Shown piece by piece: positions 46,461 through 57,829 of a stretch of DNA of 64,000 nucleotides. Position numbers and translations under genes: made by a program. The notes beneath the pieces are model-generated. The model was not told the origin of the DNA, did not search any database, and saw only the letters and a program-made list of their open reading frames with translations. Source of the stretch: Vicugna vicugna (Eukaryota); contig MU060042.1 of the NCBI GenBank assembly GCA_013265495.1, forward strand, positions 5,328,258 to 5,392,257. The letters are read 5' to 3'. Position 1 is the stretch's first letter, and each line of letters starts with the position of its first letter.

Positions 46461-48329
46461 CTGCTCAGACCCACCCCACCCCTGCCACCACTGCTGTCAG
46501 GCTGGGCCCCTGGACTAGCCCCTGTTCCCGGCTAAAGCTTGGGGGTCCGCCCTGGGATGGTTCCCAGATCCCGGCTCCCTCTGCGCGAGTGTGTAACGAG
46601 CTCTGTGGACTTGGCTGAGCCATCCATGAAACGGGGCTGGTCTCCCCCAGCTCCCGTAGGGCCGGGGGGTTCACTGAGGGGGGTTCTGGAAAGCCCTCTG
46701 CAGATGCAGGTGGCTGGAGGCCGCGTCTGATTAACTGAAGGCAAGTCTAGGGTTTAAGTCTCACGTGGAATTTCTAAGCTCCTATGTGCTGAGCCACCTT
46801 TAATGTTACTGTAATGGAATTGACTTTTTTTAAGGACTGAATTTAATTCTTGCTGCTAATGAGATTCTGCGTCTTACGTGAGCGGAGTGTGCAGGCCTGA
46901 GGACAGAGGACCAGAGGGAAAGGGCACGTCCCAGAGCGGGACAGGACTTCCTGGAAAAGTTAGAACGTGCCCCAGCGCTACACCCTGTGTCAGAGCATGA
47001 TTTTTTCATGCTCTCTTCTCTCTTACTTCACGTGGGGAGCTAGCGAGACTCCATCTGTGTCCTCCTCATGTTCCTCTGAGTCCCACAGATTTACTTAATG
47101 GACTCTCCTCGCCGATCAATGAGCAGAAGTTCCTATTCCAGGAACTTATCCAACTCCGACCAATCAACAGCTGCAAAAAACACAGCACATGTATTCTGGA
47201 AGTAAAGTAGGAAAAAAGAGCAAATCTAATAATTTACAATATTAGTTGGAACTACAAATCATTTCCTCCCAAAGAGATCCTATTGTGTTCCCTTTGTGTA
47301 AATGCAAGATTAGAAGCAAAAGTGAGTTTTGAAATACTTTAAATGCAGTTTTGAATGAGAGATATCTGTCAAAGAATGTTTTAAATACTTGAGGCTTTAA
47401 AGCACTGTGTGAATCGGCGTCTCTGCCCGTGGAGCCACAGCCCAGCTGGTGACCGAGGCCAGGCCATCTCTGCCGCATTCTAGCGAGCCCTGCCTGGGAA
47501 GTGTCAGACCGCACATTTCAGGGGCATCGCAAAGGAGGGAAAGGTGTTGTAAATGGTTTGGAGTGACAATGGAGTTTCCTCGCACAGTTGTTTTCTATTT
47601 TTAATGTTTTCTTTTCTGTCTTTTAAATAACGAGCGGTGATTAGAATCCTGAAGCGGAGGTGTTAGTAAGGGTGTGCACAGCGGAACGGCAAAGCTGAAT
47701 TACTGCGCTGCTAACAGCTTCTACAGTCATTTTAGCTGCGTTTCTAAAAATTCGGCTCTACCGTTTTCTGTGCTTATAAAAACAATGGATGTTTTTATCA
47801 CTTAATATCTTCCCCCGTCCAAGACAGAAAAGAAAGAAAGAAAACAAGAACAGAACAATATTGCAGCCCTCAGCAAAGCATAAAGTTACCAACTTTAGAC
47901 GCACCAAGGAGGAGTTTCCAGAAAAGCCCTGAGCTGTCAGAGGGGCTTCTGTGCTGTGCCGCACAGAACAGTCAGCTCGGCAGAGGGCGAGGTGAATGGG
48001 TGGAGGCATCGCTGTCTGCGCGGCAGGCTTCCAAAATACTAGTTCCTCCCTATGAAGTTTCTGGAAGAGTCTTCACAGTCTTGCTCCTTATTTCCAATGT
48101 CCTCGCTCCCTCTCCAGTGACTCATCACAGCTCTTATGTGCACCTCCCGTCTGCAAGAAGCAACAGCCCCTCCAAGTCTCCTGCCTCAGACCCAGTTCCA
48201 AACAGGCAGCCCCTCCCTGGAGACCAAGCCCATCTCTCGGCACATCCGTGTCTAGGCTCTGGGTCGGGGTCAGCGGCAGCCCCACGGGCAGGGTCTCCTG
48301 CGTGGCTCCAGGATGCTGAAATGGCACCA

Positions 48330-48461
48330 NNNNNNNNNNNNNNNNNNNNNNNNNNNNNNNNNNNNNNNNNNNNNNNNNNNNNNNNNNNNNNNNNNNNNNN
48401 NNNNNNNNNNNNNNNNNNNNNNNNNNNNNNNNNNNNNNNNNNNNNNNNNNNNNNNNNNNNN
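48330..48461. other. Assembly gap (132 N)
   Basis: Run of N. Confidence 1.
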
Positions 48462-49859
48462 AAATTAAATCGGGGCAGCCAACGACCTGCGAGTTCCCAA
48501 TACCACGGATAATTTACCCGGAGATCCGCCACGCTGGGCAAGGTGTCCTCGCAAGCAATTCGCATTATTCACATTAAGTACCAACTGAAGACCCTGAAGA
48601 AAATGAATAAATCAGATCTTGGTATTTTCCTGTGGTGACCTGACACAGGAACTTTCAGAAAAACCGGGGGGCCGGGCAGCAACTGATGTTGCCGCTCCAG
48701 TGACAACTTGGTGTCTGAGCGCAGAAAGCCGACCGGTCGAAAGCAGCGTCTTAGCCGTGAGGCGCCTCCCGGTTCTGCCCGGATTTCAGGTGGTTCCTGT
48801 GCCTCCAGGTCTGCGCTGAGCCGATACAATGGAGAAAGTGAAGTGAGCGTCGGTGTTTAAGGCCAATCCATTCAAAACTGGATACATGTATTTTAAACAC
48901 CGCTGAGTATGCACCCAGTCACCCCGCTGAGCGCTGCAGAGCCCGGCGTCACCCCCTCGTGGAAGGAGAGTGCCCGAGCCGGCGCGGGCCACCTCCTCCC
49001 ACAGCGGAGCTGAAGCTCAGGTGGCCCCTGAGCCCGGCCTCGGCCGCCGCCCCTCCCTCCCGGCAGCCGCACCAGCAGGAGCCCCCGCCCAGCTGGGGTC
49101 CGCCCGGTGACCGCCCGGCCACCACGCACGTTCAGCAGGTGGCCCCATTTTCGCTAGAGCTGGACTGCAGTGTCTCTCTATCCTCTCAAATGAAAAGAAA
49201 ACCCAGGAAAAATATATGTTGACAATAAGGGTGGATTTTTCCCCAGTGTGTACACATAATTCAGTAGTTTAATGCAACAGGTGAACGCTGGTTTAGGTGT
49301 GCTGATGTCCAAGTTACTTGACGTTCTGTGGCCCAGTTTCCACACTGGGGAAACCCTCTCTGATGCCCGTCCAGGGGACGGCTGACCTGTGGGGAGAGGG
49401 CAGGGGTGGTCTGGGACCCAGGACTACCTCTCCTACCGGGAGCTGTCAGTCGTCCATCCCCACTGCCACTGTCCTCTGGAAGACAGTCAGCCTCAAGTGA
49501 GGAAACACGTGCAGAGTTCCCAGCTTTGCTCCACTGTTTGACAAATGCTAGGTCTCTCCCCTCAATGCCCCATCTCCTTCCAAATGTGAAATTCAAGTCC
49601 AAGGTGAGCCCACACAGCGGTCTGAAGGCAGGGGAAGCCGTCGCTGCTACGTCTGGCTCCGTTCTACCGTCAGGAAGCTGAGCTTATCCCAGCTGAACAC
49701 TTAGATACTTAAAAATTATCCATAGATCTGATTTTTAAAGTTTTATTTAAAATCTAACACATTTACAAAATCAGTTTCTCAAGGTTAGTGTAAAATATGT
49801 GAAAGTTGCCAAATGGTCATCGACTTAAATGCCCCCAAGCTGGCCAGTGACAGAGCTAT

Positions 49860-50070
49860 TGAATGGTATTCGTTCTCAAAAACAATGGTTATGAAGGCTA
49901 CGTAGTAATATGGGGAACAGTTACGTGACATTACTTGAAAAAGTATATTTAGTATCAAATGTTGTGTGTTTGCAAAGTGTTGAGATTGCAACAATGTGCA
50001 GAAGTTGCCCATAAAAAAGTGAAACACACGCACACCTGAGACGTGATGTAAACGTGGTGCTTCAGCCGCC
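49860..50070 (+). mobile_element. Old L1 (L1ME/MC-like) 3'UTR relic
   Basis: AAAAACAATGGTTATGAAGGCTACGTAGTAATATGGGGAACAGTTACGTGACATTA resembles the old-L1 3'UTR TAAAAATAATGTTTACGAAGAATATTTAATGACATGGGAAAATGCTCATGATATA. Heavily diverged. Confidence 0.4.
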
Positions 50071-50227
50071 TTTGGACTTTCACGTCTGATCTGAAATTCA
50101 ATACGTTTTAAGCTCCCCTTCCAAAATGGAAACCGAATATTCCCCCTAAACTTTACTCCTCTTAAAACCTACTTGTGCTTAATTTGGAACAAAATCCTTT
50201 ACAATAAATGGCTTTTCATTTTTTCAG

Positions 50228-50270
50228 ACCCTGTAAAGCATTGCAGGGTCTGAAGCAAGAGGCAGAACAG
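50228..50270 (+). other. Candidate 43-nt internal exon (unassigned transcript)
   Basis: Acceptor GGCTTTTCATTTTTTCAG|A and donor CAG|GTGAGT. The single open frame reads PCKALQGLKQEAEQ and ends at phase 0. No recognised homologue. Confidence 0.3.
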
Positions 50271-51202
50271 GTGAGTGCAGACGCCCTGGGTTGGAGTCCC
50301 AGCTCCGCCCCACTGGGTTTTGTAAAACCAGGTGAGAGTCAACATTCTCCAAAGCTCTCCCCGCAGGGCCCGACGGTGACAAGCAATAGCGTCTGCAACT
50401 GCGTCTGACGGAGTGCATGGCGTGGAGGCTTAGCAGGGTGTAGCCGGTAAAGTTCTGTTAACATTGTGCTTAGAGCCTCATCCAAAGGCAGGAGCCAGTG
50501 TTCGTTGCACAGGTGAGAGGTGTGAAGGTCCTGGAACCTAAACTTCTCCAAGGTCAGGCGTTTGATGAGCCACAGAGCGGCCACCAGTGCTGGTGCCGGA
50601 GGAGCCAACGCCCGTCTCCGAGGCCGCCCCAGAGGCGCCAGTGGAACCCACGGTAGACACGACCAGAACACGTGTCCATCACAAGAGGCGGTGGAAGCCA
50701 GTCCAGGGCAGTGAAGGCCCAGGGCTAACACGCGTCCGCGCAGCCTAGAGCCGGGCGGCCCTTCCCGGGGAAAGGTGCTGGCAGAAGCGTTTCAGTTTCA
50801 CAGGCTCGGAAACGAACAGCCGTTCTGAGTCCCAGCTAGAGTTTACGCAGGGCGTACCCCACGTCACTCTAGGTCCTGACTCCTCCGTCTCTCTGCCTCG
50901 CTCTCCTTCCAGATCCCCTCCGTGTGTCTGGGTCCTGTGGCCGGCCCGCAGAGGCCAGGTCCCATGCTATGCGTGAGCCGTGTCCTCTGCGGCGGGTGGG
51001 GGGGGAGCCTGAGTGTGTCCAGTGCTGGGAGGGGCAGCTGTCACCGTAGCCCCGTTAGGGGCCAGATTTGCAAGAGCAGCATCAAACATGACTGGGGTTC
51101 CTCCACCCCCTGGCTCTGTAATGTGGATGGAGCGTGGGGTTAAGCGGAGAAAGGAAGGAGACAGCGAAGGGGAGGCAAGGCCACGGGAACATAAATCAAG
51201 AG

Positions 51203-51329
51203 AAGGAATTACGAGGTGAGGAGTGTATAGCTCGTTGGTGGAGCACATGCTCAGCTGCATGAGGTCCTGAGTTCCAGCCCCGGTACCTCCATTTAAAAAG
51301 AAAAAAGAAACAGGAAAGGGATTACGAGG
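51203..51329 (+). mobile_element. Camelid vic-1-like tRNA-derived SINE with 14-bp TSD
   Basis: Body 51217-51315: TGAGGAGTGTATAGCTCGTTGGTGGAGCACATGCTCAGCTGCATGAGGTCCTGAGTTCCAGCCCCGGTACCTCCATTTAAAAAGAAAAAAG. TSD AAGGAATTACGAGG (51203-16) / AAGGGATTACGAGG (51316-29). Confidence 0.9.
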
Positions 51330-52239
51330 CTGAACACGGAAGACTCAAAGGAGAGCCTTCATCCGGCAAGAGTGTAAGAGGAGCCTGGCTCCGGGAGCGC
51401 CAGCCTGCCCCTGACCCGCACCCCGGGAAGCGGCTTGACCCAGGAGCCCCAGCCCACCCCGCGTCGCTTCCCTGGAGTGGGACTCCAGGAAGAAGTCCCA
51501 GCTATCAGCCCCGGTCTCACCTCGTCCACTGGCCCTTCCTTAGGTCTGTTTGGTCAGACGCTGTTGCTGAAATTCCAATGGCACAAGGGGCACGTGGGCA
51601 CAAGTACCTCGGTCTTACCCAGTTCCGTCCCCATCAGCAGCTCAGCAATTACACACACTCCCTGCAATTTCTGCAGGGGGTATTTGATCCAGGGAGGAAA
51701 TGCCACCTTCATATTTTCACTCCAGTGTTTGCTGTCTTGTCCCTTTCTGTCAAATCCAAAACGTTTTAGCAATTTGGAGTCTAGCTGGCTTTTCTCGGTT
51801 GCAGATTTGCAGACAACAGAACCAGGTCCAGGCTGCTGGCTGTGAAGGTGGGACACCACCCCCAGCCGCGCTGAGGCAGAGCAGCCGAAGCCCCGTTCCC
51901 TCCTCCAGTGCCTCCACTCGCTGGGGCGCGGACTTCCCTGTCCACACAGGCTGTTTAGACGCAAACACTGTTAAGCGCTGTCTGTTTCTTCCTGTTATTC
52001 CAAAAACTGGGGAAGACATTAAACATAAAAACTTGTTAAAGCAAAGATTACAAATTTAAGCGCAGCACCGTCAGTAAAGCAAATGCCAACGTTCCAGTGG
52101 TGACGTTAACTGAAACACTCTTCACGTCCTGGTGACATTGATTCTCTGTTTAAAGGTCTAATTTGAAACTTCCACTATTTGGGGTGAGAAGGATGAATAC
52201 TTTTATTATGAGTACACGTATTTCTTACAGCTTTGCACC

Positions 52240-52325
52240 TTTAAGTAGGAAGCTCCTTGAAAGCAGGACTTTTCCTTTAATTCATTGTGTGTGTGGCATC
52301 AGCTCAGTGGTGTAGATCCAACAAA
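52240..52325 (+). mobile_element. Possible L2 3' end relic
   Basis: AAGCTCCTTGAAAGCAGGACTTTT resembles L2 AAGCTCCATGAGGGCAGGGACTTTG. The downstream match is weak. Confidence 0.35.
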
Positions 52326-52599
52326 ACAGAAACAGCTCTAGGAACACGCTCAGTTCAGCCAGATGGGTGCTGTTACAGGACCCGAGTGGCGTGTGTGGTA
52401 CCACACAGTTGCCCCATCACGTACTGACAGATACAACTCGAAAATGTCTACACCTCAACATGCACTTCATGGACCAGCTTCCAGAATTTAAAAAACCTTT
52501 TCCAAAATAATTTTAATTTCAGTTTTACTCCTTTTTTGTTTGTGAGTTACTTTTTATTCATATTTTGTTGGAGAAAGACATTGAGAGCACTAGTAGTGG

Positions 52600-52890
52600 A
52601 ATTAGAAGAAAAGAAGGAGTTAGAACGCATACGCCTATATTCTCATACCTAGAAAATCTCCCGTCTCTCTAGTGTCATTTTCCCTGCCTGCCTTCATTTA
52701 CATAATGCATACATTTGCACAGTTGAAAAATAATAGTACAAATATGTAGGCTATATATTTATTTTGATAGTGTAATACACATCCATTTTGGTGTCTCATT
52801 ATTGCTCTACCTTTGGACCTTTGAAAAATATTTAAATAGCGCTGCAGTGGGCATCCCTTGCATTACTAGTTTATGACAGATTTTTCCTAG
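52600..52890 (-). mobile_element. Old L1 (L1ME-like) antisense relic
   Basis: TAAATAGCGCTGCAGTGGGCATCCCTTGCAT...ATTTTTCCTAG resembles antisense L1 TAAATAATGCTGCGATGAACATCCTTGTACAT...ATTTCCTTAG, in an AT-rich context. Confidence 0.45.
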
Positions 52891-53559
52891 TTTTTTTTTT
52901 TATCTAATATAATCCTCAAAACTCCTCCTGAGCGTTCCATATTTCTTCAAAACAACTTAGATAAATTGAAAGCACATTTCTAGCACAGTGATCATTTATT
53001 ACAGTAAGTTATCCATTTGACCAAAGTTTCATAAAAAGCACATGCACAGCTGTCATCACTTTTTCAGGCAGAACTAGAACATTCTCTATTTTTATGATTG
53101 GTGTTAACTAATCTACTAAAAATGTCATATAACATTTATAGGCCAAAAAATGAAAAGAGACTAAGGAACACACTTATTGTAAACATGACAAATGATTCAT
53201 AAATGAAAACACTTGACATCATAATTCCAAAGGCAGGAACAGATAACTCAATAAAGTGAAAAGTTAACAGCATAAAACATCTAAAACATGTTCATTCTCA
53301 CAAAGAGTGAAAGAAATGACAGCTAAAGGACAAGAAAGCACTTTCCAATTATTAGAGGAAAAATCATCTAATATTTCGTCAATAAGGCTTAGGGAAAAAC
53401 AGGCAGTCTAGGGAATTGAAGAAGAGTTTTAAACTAGAGTCACACTCTAGGTAGCTAGCTGTGCTGAGGGGCAGACAGACGGATACAGAGAGAGAGGAAG
53501 GGTGGATGACGCACAGAGAGGCAGGTCATGTTCTCTCCACCCATGTTTACCCTGCTGGA

Positions 53560-54105
53560 AATTAAAATGCATACATTGCCAACATTTACTAACTCATTTC
53601 AAAATAACAATAAAGCCACTGCATGTTACCATAATCACCATTTTTATAAAAATGAGTATTTTTCAAAAACAAAGACTTGATGGTGACAAGAGTGGTCGTG
53701 TTTTATATTTTTGCAAATGTCCCTAACGTCTGGCTTAACAGGAGGTGCGTCTGGGCCTCTGCTTTTAATGCCTTTTGGCTGAAGCATGTGAAGAGCGCGC
53801 CATCTCACCCAGACATGCGGTCGGCAAGGAGGAAGCATTTTAACAGTTCTGCAGATAAGTGTGCCTATTCTTCTTTGAACGTGCACTGAAATCCAGTGAG
53901 TGTTCATCTCTCAAAGACGGGCTGGGAGGTGGGATCGGAAACCACAGCCACGGGCATCTTACAGGTGGGAGCCCGCTGGTGCCTCTTGCCCTCGGGCCGG
54001 GTTTTCTACCCATGACTGTGTTACCTTCCAAGCACTGACCCCCATTCCACAGAAAACATCGTGTTTACCGGTATCACTACCAATCTCATCAGAAAAATAA
54101 GTCCC
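53560..54105 (-). mobile_element. Charlie1-family hAT transposon fragment including the decayed transposase C-terminus
   Basis: AAGAGTGGTCGTGTTTTATATTTTTGCAAATGTCCCTAACGTCTGGCTTAA, CAGATAAGTGTGCCTATTCTTCTTTGA and ATCACTACCAATCTCATCAGAAAA match the remembered Charlie1 consensus. ORF 53644-53907(-) ends VKPDVRDICKNIKHDHSCHH, similar to Charlie1 IKPDIKEICKNVKQCHSSH. Confidence 0.8.
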
Positions 54106-57069
54106 TGAACTACATCCTCCCGCACGTGTGAGAGCAAGACTGACAAGTCCAAGGACGTCTTGGTGTGACTGAAGGTATTTTGACCTGTGGGCCCCACATG
54201 GCCTCCGAGACCCTCAGGCGTCCCTAGGCTTCTCCTGGAGACCTGCAGCTTCCCCGGAGCGATTCGCGTGAGGTCAGGGGGCGCCTCCACGTGCCGAAGG
54301 CCAAGGGCAGGTTCCTGGTCTCTTTTCGGTGACTTTCCCCCCCTGTTGAAACACTCTCTTCTCTTAGCTTCTGACTCAGACCCTCCGCAGGAGCCCCCGG
54401 GCCGCCTGGGCCTTTCTTTTCTCGTTTGTAAGTGTGAGTCTTCCTCTTCCCAGCCACTGGATTCTGGGGACCTTGTGGCCTCAGCCTTGGGCTGTCCACC
54501 CCTCTCACTGCACCGTGTCCCCCAGGTGACCACAGGACACAGCTCCTGTCCGAGGAAAGAGGAGAGCCCCTCATCTCCCTCCCAGGCTCTGCTCCGCACC
54601 AGCTCCGGGCGTCTGTGTGGGGGGCTCTCTCAAGCGGGGGCTGCGTCCTCCTCCACTCCCGGGCGCGTTCACTTCAGCCAAGCACACTCCCTGCCCACCT
54701 CAGGTGTGTCCCCTGGTCCTGTCCTCTTCTGGTGTCCAGCTTACTCCTGAACCCTTCTGCTTGTCCGCGCCTCTGCTGGGTCCTCCCCAGTCTGAGCTGC
54801 TCCTCCCGGGTGACCGAGTCGCCTGCCCGGGTCTCCCCCGGTGTGGTCTGCCCCCGCCCTTCAGAGCAGCTCTGGACACAGCACACACTCACTCTTTCAA
54901 GAACACGGCGGGCTTGTGCCACACCCCCACGTTGCTTGCTTCTGCTGAAAAAATTGTCACAGTTGTGGAACCGTGTCATTTACCAAGAAGCTAAGATAAT
55001 AAACAATGAGTGTGTGTGCACATGTGTAGTAACGGTGAACGCACGACCGTGGGCGTAATACACACACGGACAGAGACATGCACGCTCACACGGCTTCCAT
55101 CAGAGCACACACACGACCACAGGCACGCGTCTGCGTGTGTGCCTGCTGTGTGCGTGTCTCCCCAGTGGGGCGGCTGGCCTGGCTTCACAAGCACCAGAAC
55201 CTGCTGGCTCGTGGACCAACTCCTTGTGTGATGGTGTCTCCGTGTAAAATGGTAAGAAGAGCAAAGAGTGAAAAAGAAGGAATTGGGTTTATCAAGGGAG
55301 AGACAAGAGGCCTGCAGTCTAAACGCAGCGTGCCGCCAGACGGGCAGCCGCGCCGGCCGGCCGCGCACACTGCGGAAGGACCCACGTCTGTTGCCTCCCT
55401 GTCCGCCCGGCTCCGGGCGGCGGGGAAGGGCGGCCGCGGGGGCCGCGTGCGCACCTGCGCGGGGCGCGAGTGAGCTGCAGCGCTTCGGCTGTGGGGTCGT
55501 GTTCAATCACCAAGCCTGCTTATGGCGGATCAATGAACAGAAACTCATTAAATCCTGACCAAAACCAGCCACAGGAAAGGGAAGTCCACTCAGGGGCACG
55601 AGGCTTAAATTATATATCGGTTTTTTCCTCTGTTGTTTCATTTCACAAAACTGCAAAAGTCCAGGCAACATTTTGTCAGTAAAAAAACAATAAAGAATAT
55701 GGAAAGCCCATCTTCACAGAACACTGGACGTCGCAAAACAACCTGCAGCTATTATGGGATATATCAAAACTGGCAGGTGAAACTTGGCCGAGGACGGAGC
55801 CGTATCTCACAGGGACAGCACGCCCTCCCGGGCGGGGCTGCGAGCCCGGAGGAACCGGGCGCAGGGAGTTCACGGGCTTCACTGAACTGGTGGCATCTGG
55901 AGGGTGGAAAAAAATTGGTGACACTGCAAAACTGGTCATTAGGTTTTTCAGGCGCGGAGGGACGCACTCCTCGGGGACCTGGAGGAACGGCCTGGATGAT
56001 GGGGGACGCTCATTGCTCACATGCCTTTTACAGAAACCAGCAGCTTCATGAATCCACCATTAGTGCTTTTGCTATTCATGGTTTCTAGCTGTGAAAAGAA
56101 CACCTAATGGATTGATACACACATTGTTTCTAATGTCGTCAAAAAGGCAAATATTTCTTGAAAACAGGGTAGTGGCTCCGCATCTCCTCCCTCACTTATC
56201 ACCCATATGGTGTAAATTCTGTGTGTTTTAATATCATTTTGTGGCTTTCTAGTGCTGCACCGAGAACTCGTGTGTGTGTAAAAACTGTAGCCAAATTAAA
56301 TCAGGAAGAAGTCATTTGGAACATTGTTTTTCCTGTGCTGCTTTCAAATAGGAGGAAAATAAATGCACGAGAAGCCAAATAGGGGTCAGATCCTAAGCCA
56401 CAGATGCGCCGAAAAGCCCCATTATGCACAACTGACACCCCGGAATTCCCACCGGCACACCTAGCTAGGATCGGATCGCCGTCTTCACGTGTGTTATACT
56501 GCCGAGCATCTGTTCCCTGGGCTTCTGAGAGACTGCATGTGGAGCGTAAAGGTTTGGTATTAAGGGAAGTAATTAACATGTTTCCTGGCACCCGGCCAGC
56601 GGGGACAGCACGTCACCTGAAAATGACAAACTCTCTCAATACCCCACACCTTCGTGAGCGCTTCCTGGAGCAATTCGGAAGAACGGCTGTCATAATAGGC
56701 CCTTCCTCTCGGAAGATAGAGAGGTGCGTTTGCGGGAGGGTGGTGGCGGGGTGTGGCAGGCTGGGCTGCGGGAACTGGCCGCAAGGGCGCTGGGGGTCAG
56801 CGGGGACTCCGGCCACGAACTAGCCACCACTTGGCGCTCTCTTAGTTCTTAAAAACTGTCTCCTGGTGCGTGAATAGGAAATCGAAGTTTCTCAGTGATT
56901 TCTGAACGCTGAAAAGATGTCCGTTTCGAAATACACATGGAGACACACCTCAGATCCTTTCATTAAGGACTGACGAACGCGGTCCTGAAGTTCACTTCCA
57001 CTGCTCTGACCACATCGTTTCCCCAAGTCTTCTCAACGGAAAGGAGTCTAGATGGTTCAGGTACCTTTA

Positions 57070-57257
57070 GGTCTTCATTTTCTTTTCTTATCTTTGTTTT
57101 CTTTTTTTTTTTTTAGTAATTTTTGTAAAATTTTAACTTTATTTCATTTTTTTCCCTTAACAGAGGCACTGGGGATTGAACCCAGGATCTCACGCAGGCC
57201 AAGCACACACGCTACCCCTGAGCCATCCTCTCCGCCTCCCTGGTCTTCGTTTTCTTT
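57070..57257 (-). mobile_element. Camelid vic-1-like tRNA-derived SINE with 16-bp TSD
   Basis: Long T-rich tail, then GAGGCACTGGGGATTGAACCCAGGATCTCACGCAGGCCAAGCACACACGCTACCCCTGAGCCATCCTCTCC. TSD GGTCTTCATTTTCTTT (57070-85) / GGTCTTCGTTTTCTTT (57242-57). Confidence 0.9.
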
Positions 57258-57829
57258 GATTATACAAAGAAACACCCTCACAGGGCGTAAAAGCTCTCAA
57301 AGTGGAGCCGGAGTGGAGGGGCTGCGGCACAGACCCCGGCTTTCCCTTCCTCTTCCCCCGCTGTGACGACCGAAACACACACGCGATGTGGCCGTGCACC
57401 AGCGCCATCTGCCCCCGGATACGACCGCTGTGCAACTGAGATAAGATGCATTTCTCCTTATTTTGTTTCTAGGTTTATGAAGCATTTTTGTTTTGTTTTG
57501 TTTTGTTTTTAAATTTAGGGAAAACTCAGGGAAATGCTCACAGGGTAGTAATTCATTCAACCCAGAAACAGATTCCCTGTTTAAACGTTTCCGAGACGCG
57601 CCGCGTGGCAGTAAACATGCGCTCAGGAAACAGCATAATCGTTCCCCAGCAGAACATATCTGGAGACTGTGAGTAAATGAAAAGTGCGCCTCCCCCCTTG
57701 CACCACCGCTCTGGATGTTTTTATCTCCAACTCCTGAATTCTGCCAGGTGGAACCTGCCTCCTCTTTGCCCCCACGTGTGGCTCGCACTTGGCTCCGTTC
57801 TGCTGGTATTTGGGCATTTCTGCTGCTTG

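Noticed and set aside
46992-47014. 9-bp-stem hairpins (AGAGCATGA-T5-TCATGCTCT; also 43469-43489 and the 8-bp stem at 33839-33855)
   Set aside because: About two 9-bp stems with short loops are expected by chance in 64 kb, and bacterial-type terminators are irrelevant here.
51217-51290. tRNA-like sequence with A/B-box features (also at 21480-21553 and 57165-57235)
   Set aside because: Each has an A-rich tail and TSDs and lacks an intact cloverleaf, so these are tRNA-derived SINEs, not tRNA genes.
52932-52944. GCGTTCCATATTT matching the U6 snRNA 3' end
   Set aside because: A 13-nt match with no upstream U6 sequence is compatible with chance.
56824-56837. CCACCACTTGGCGC as a CTCF site
   Set aside because: It has two mismatches in the core, and such near-matches are common in GC-rich DNA; it cannot be supported without a PWM score or ChIP data.
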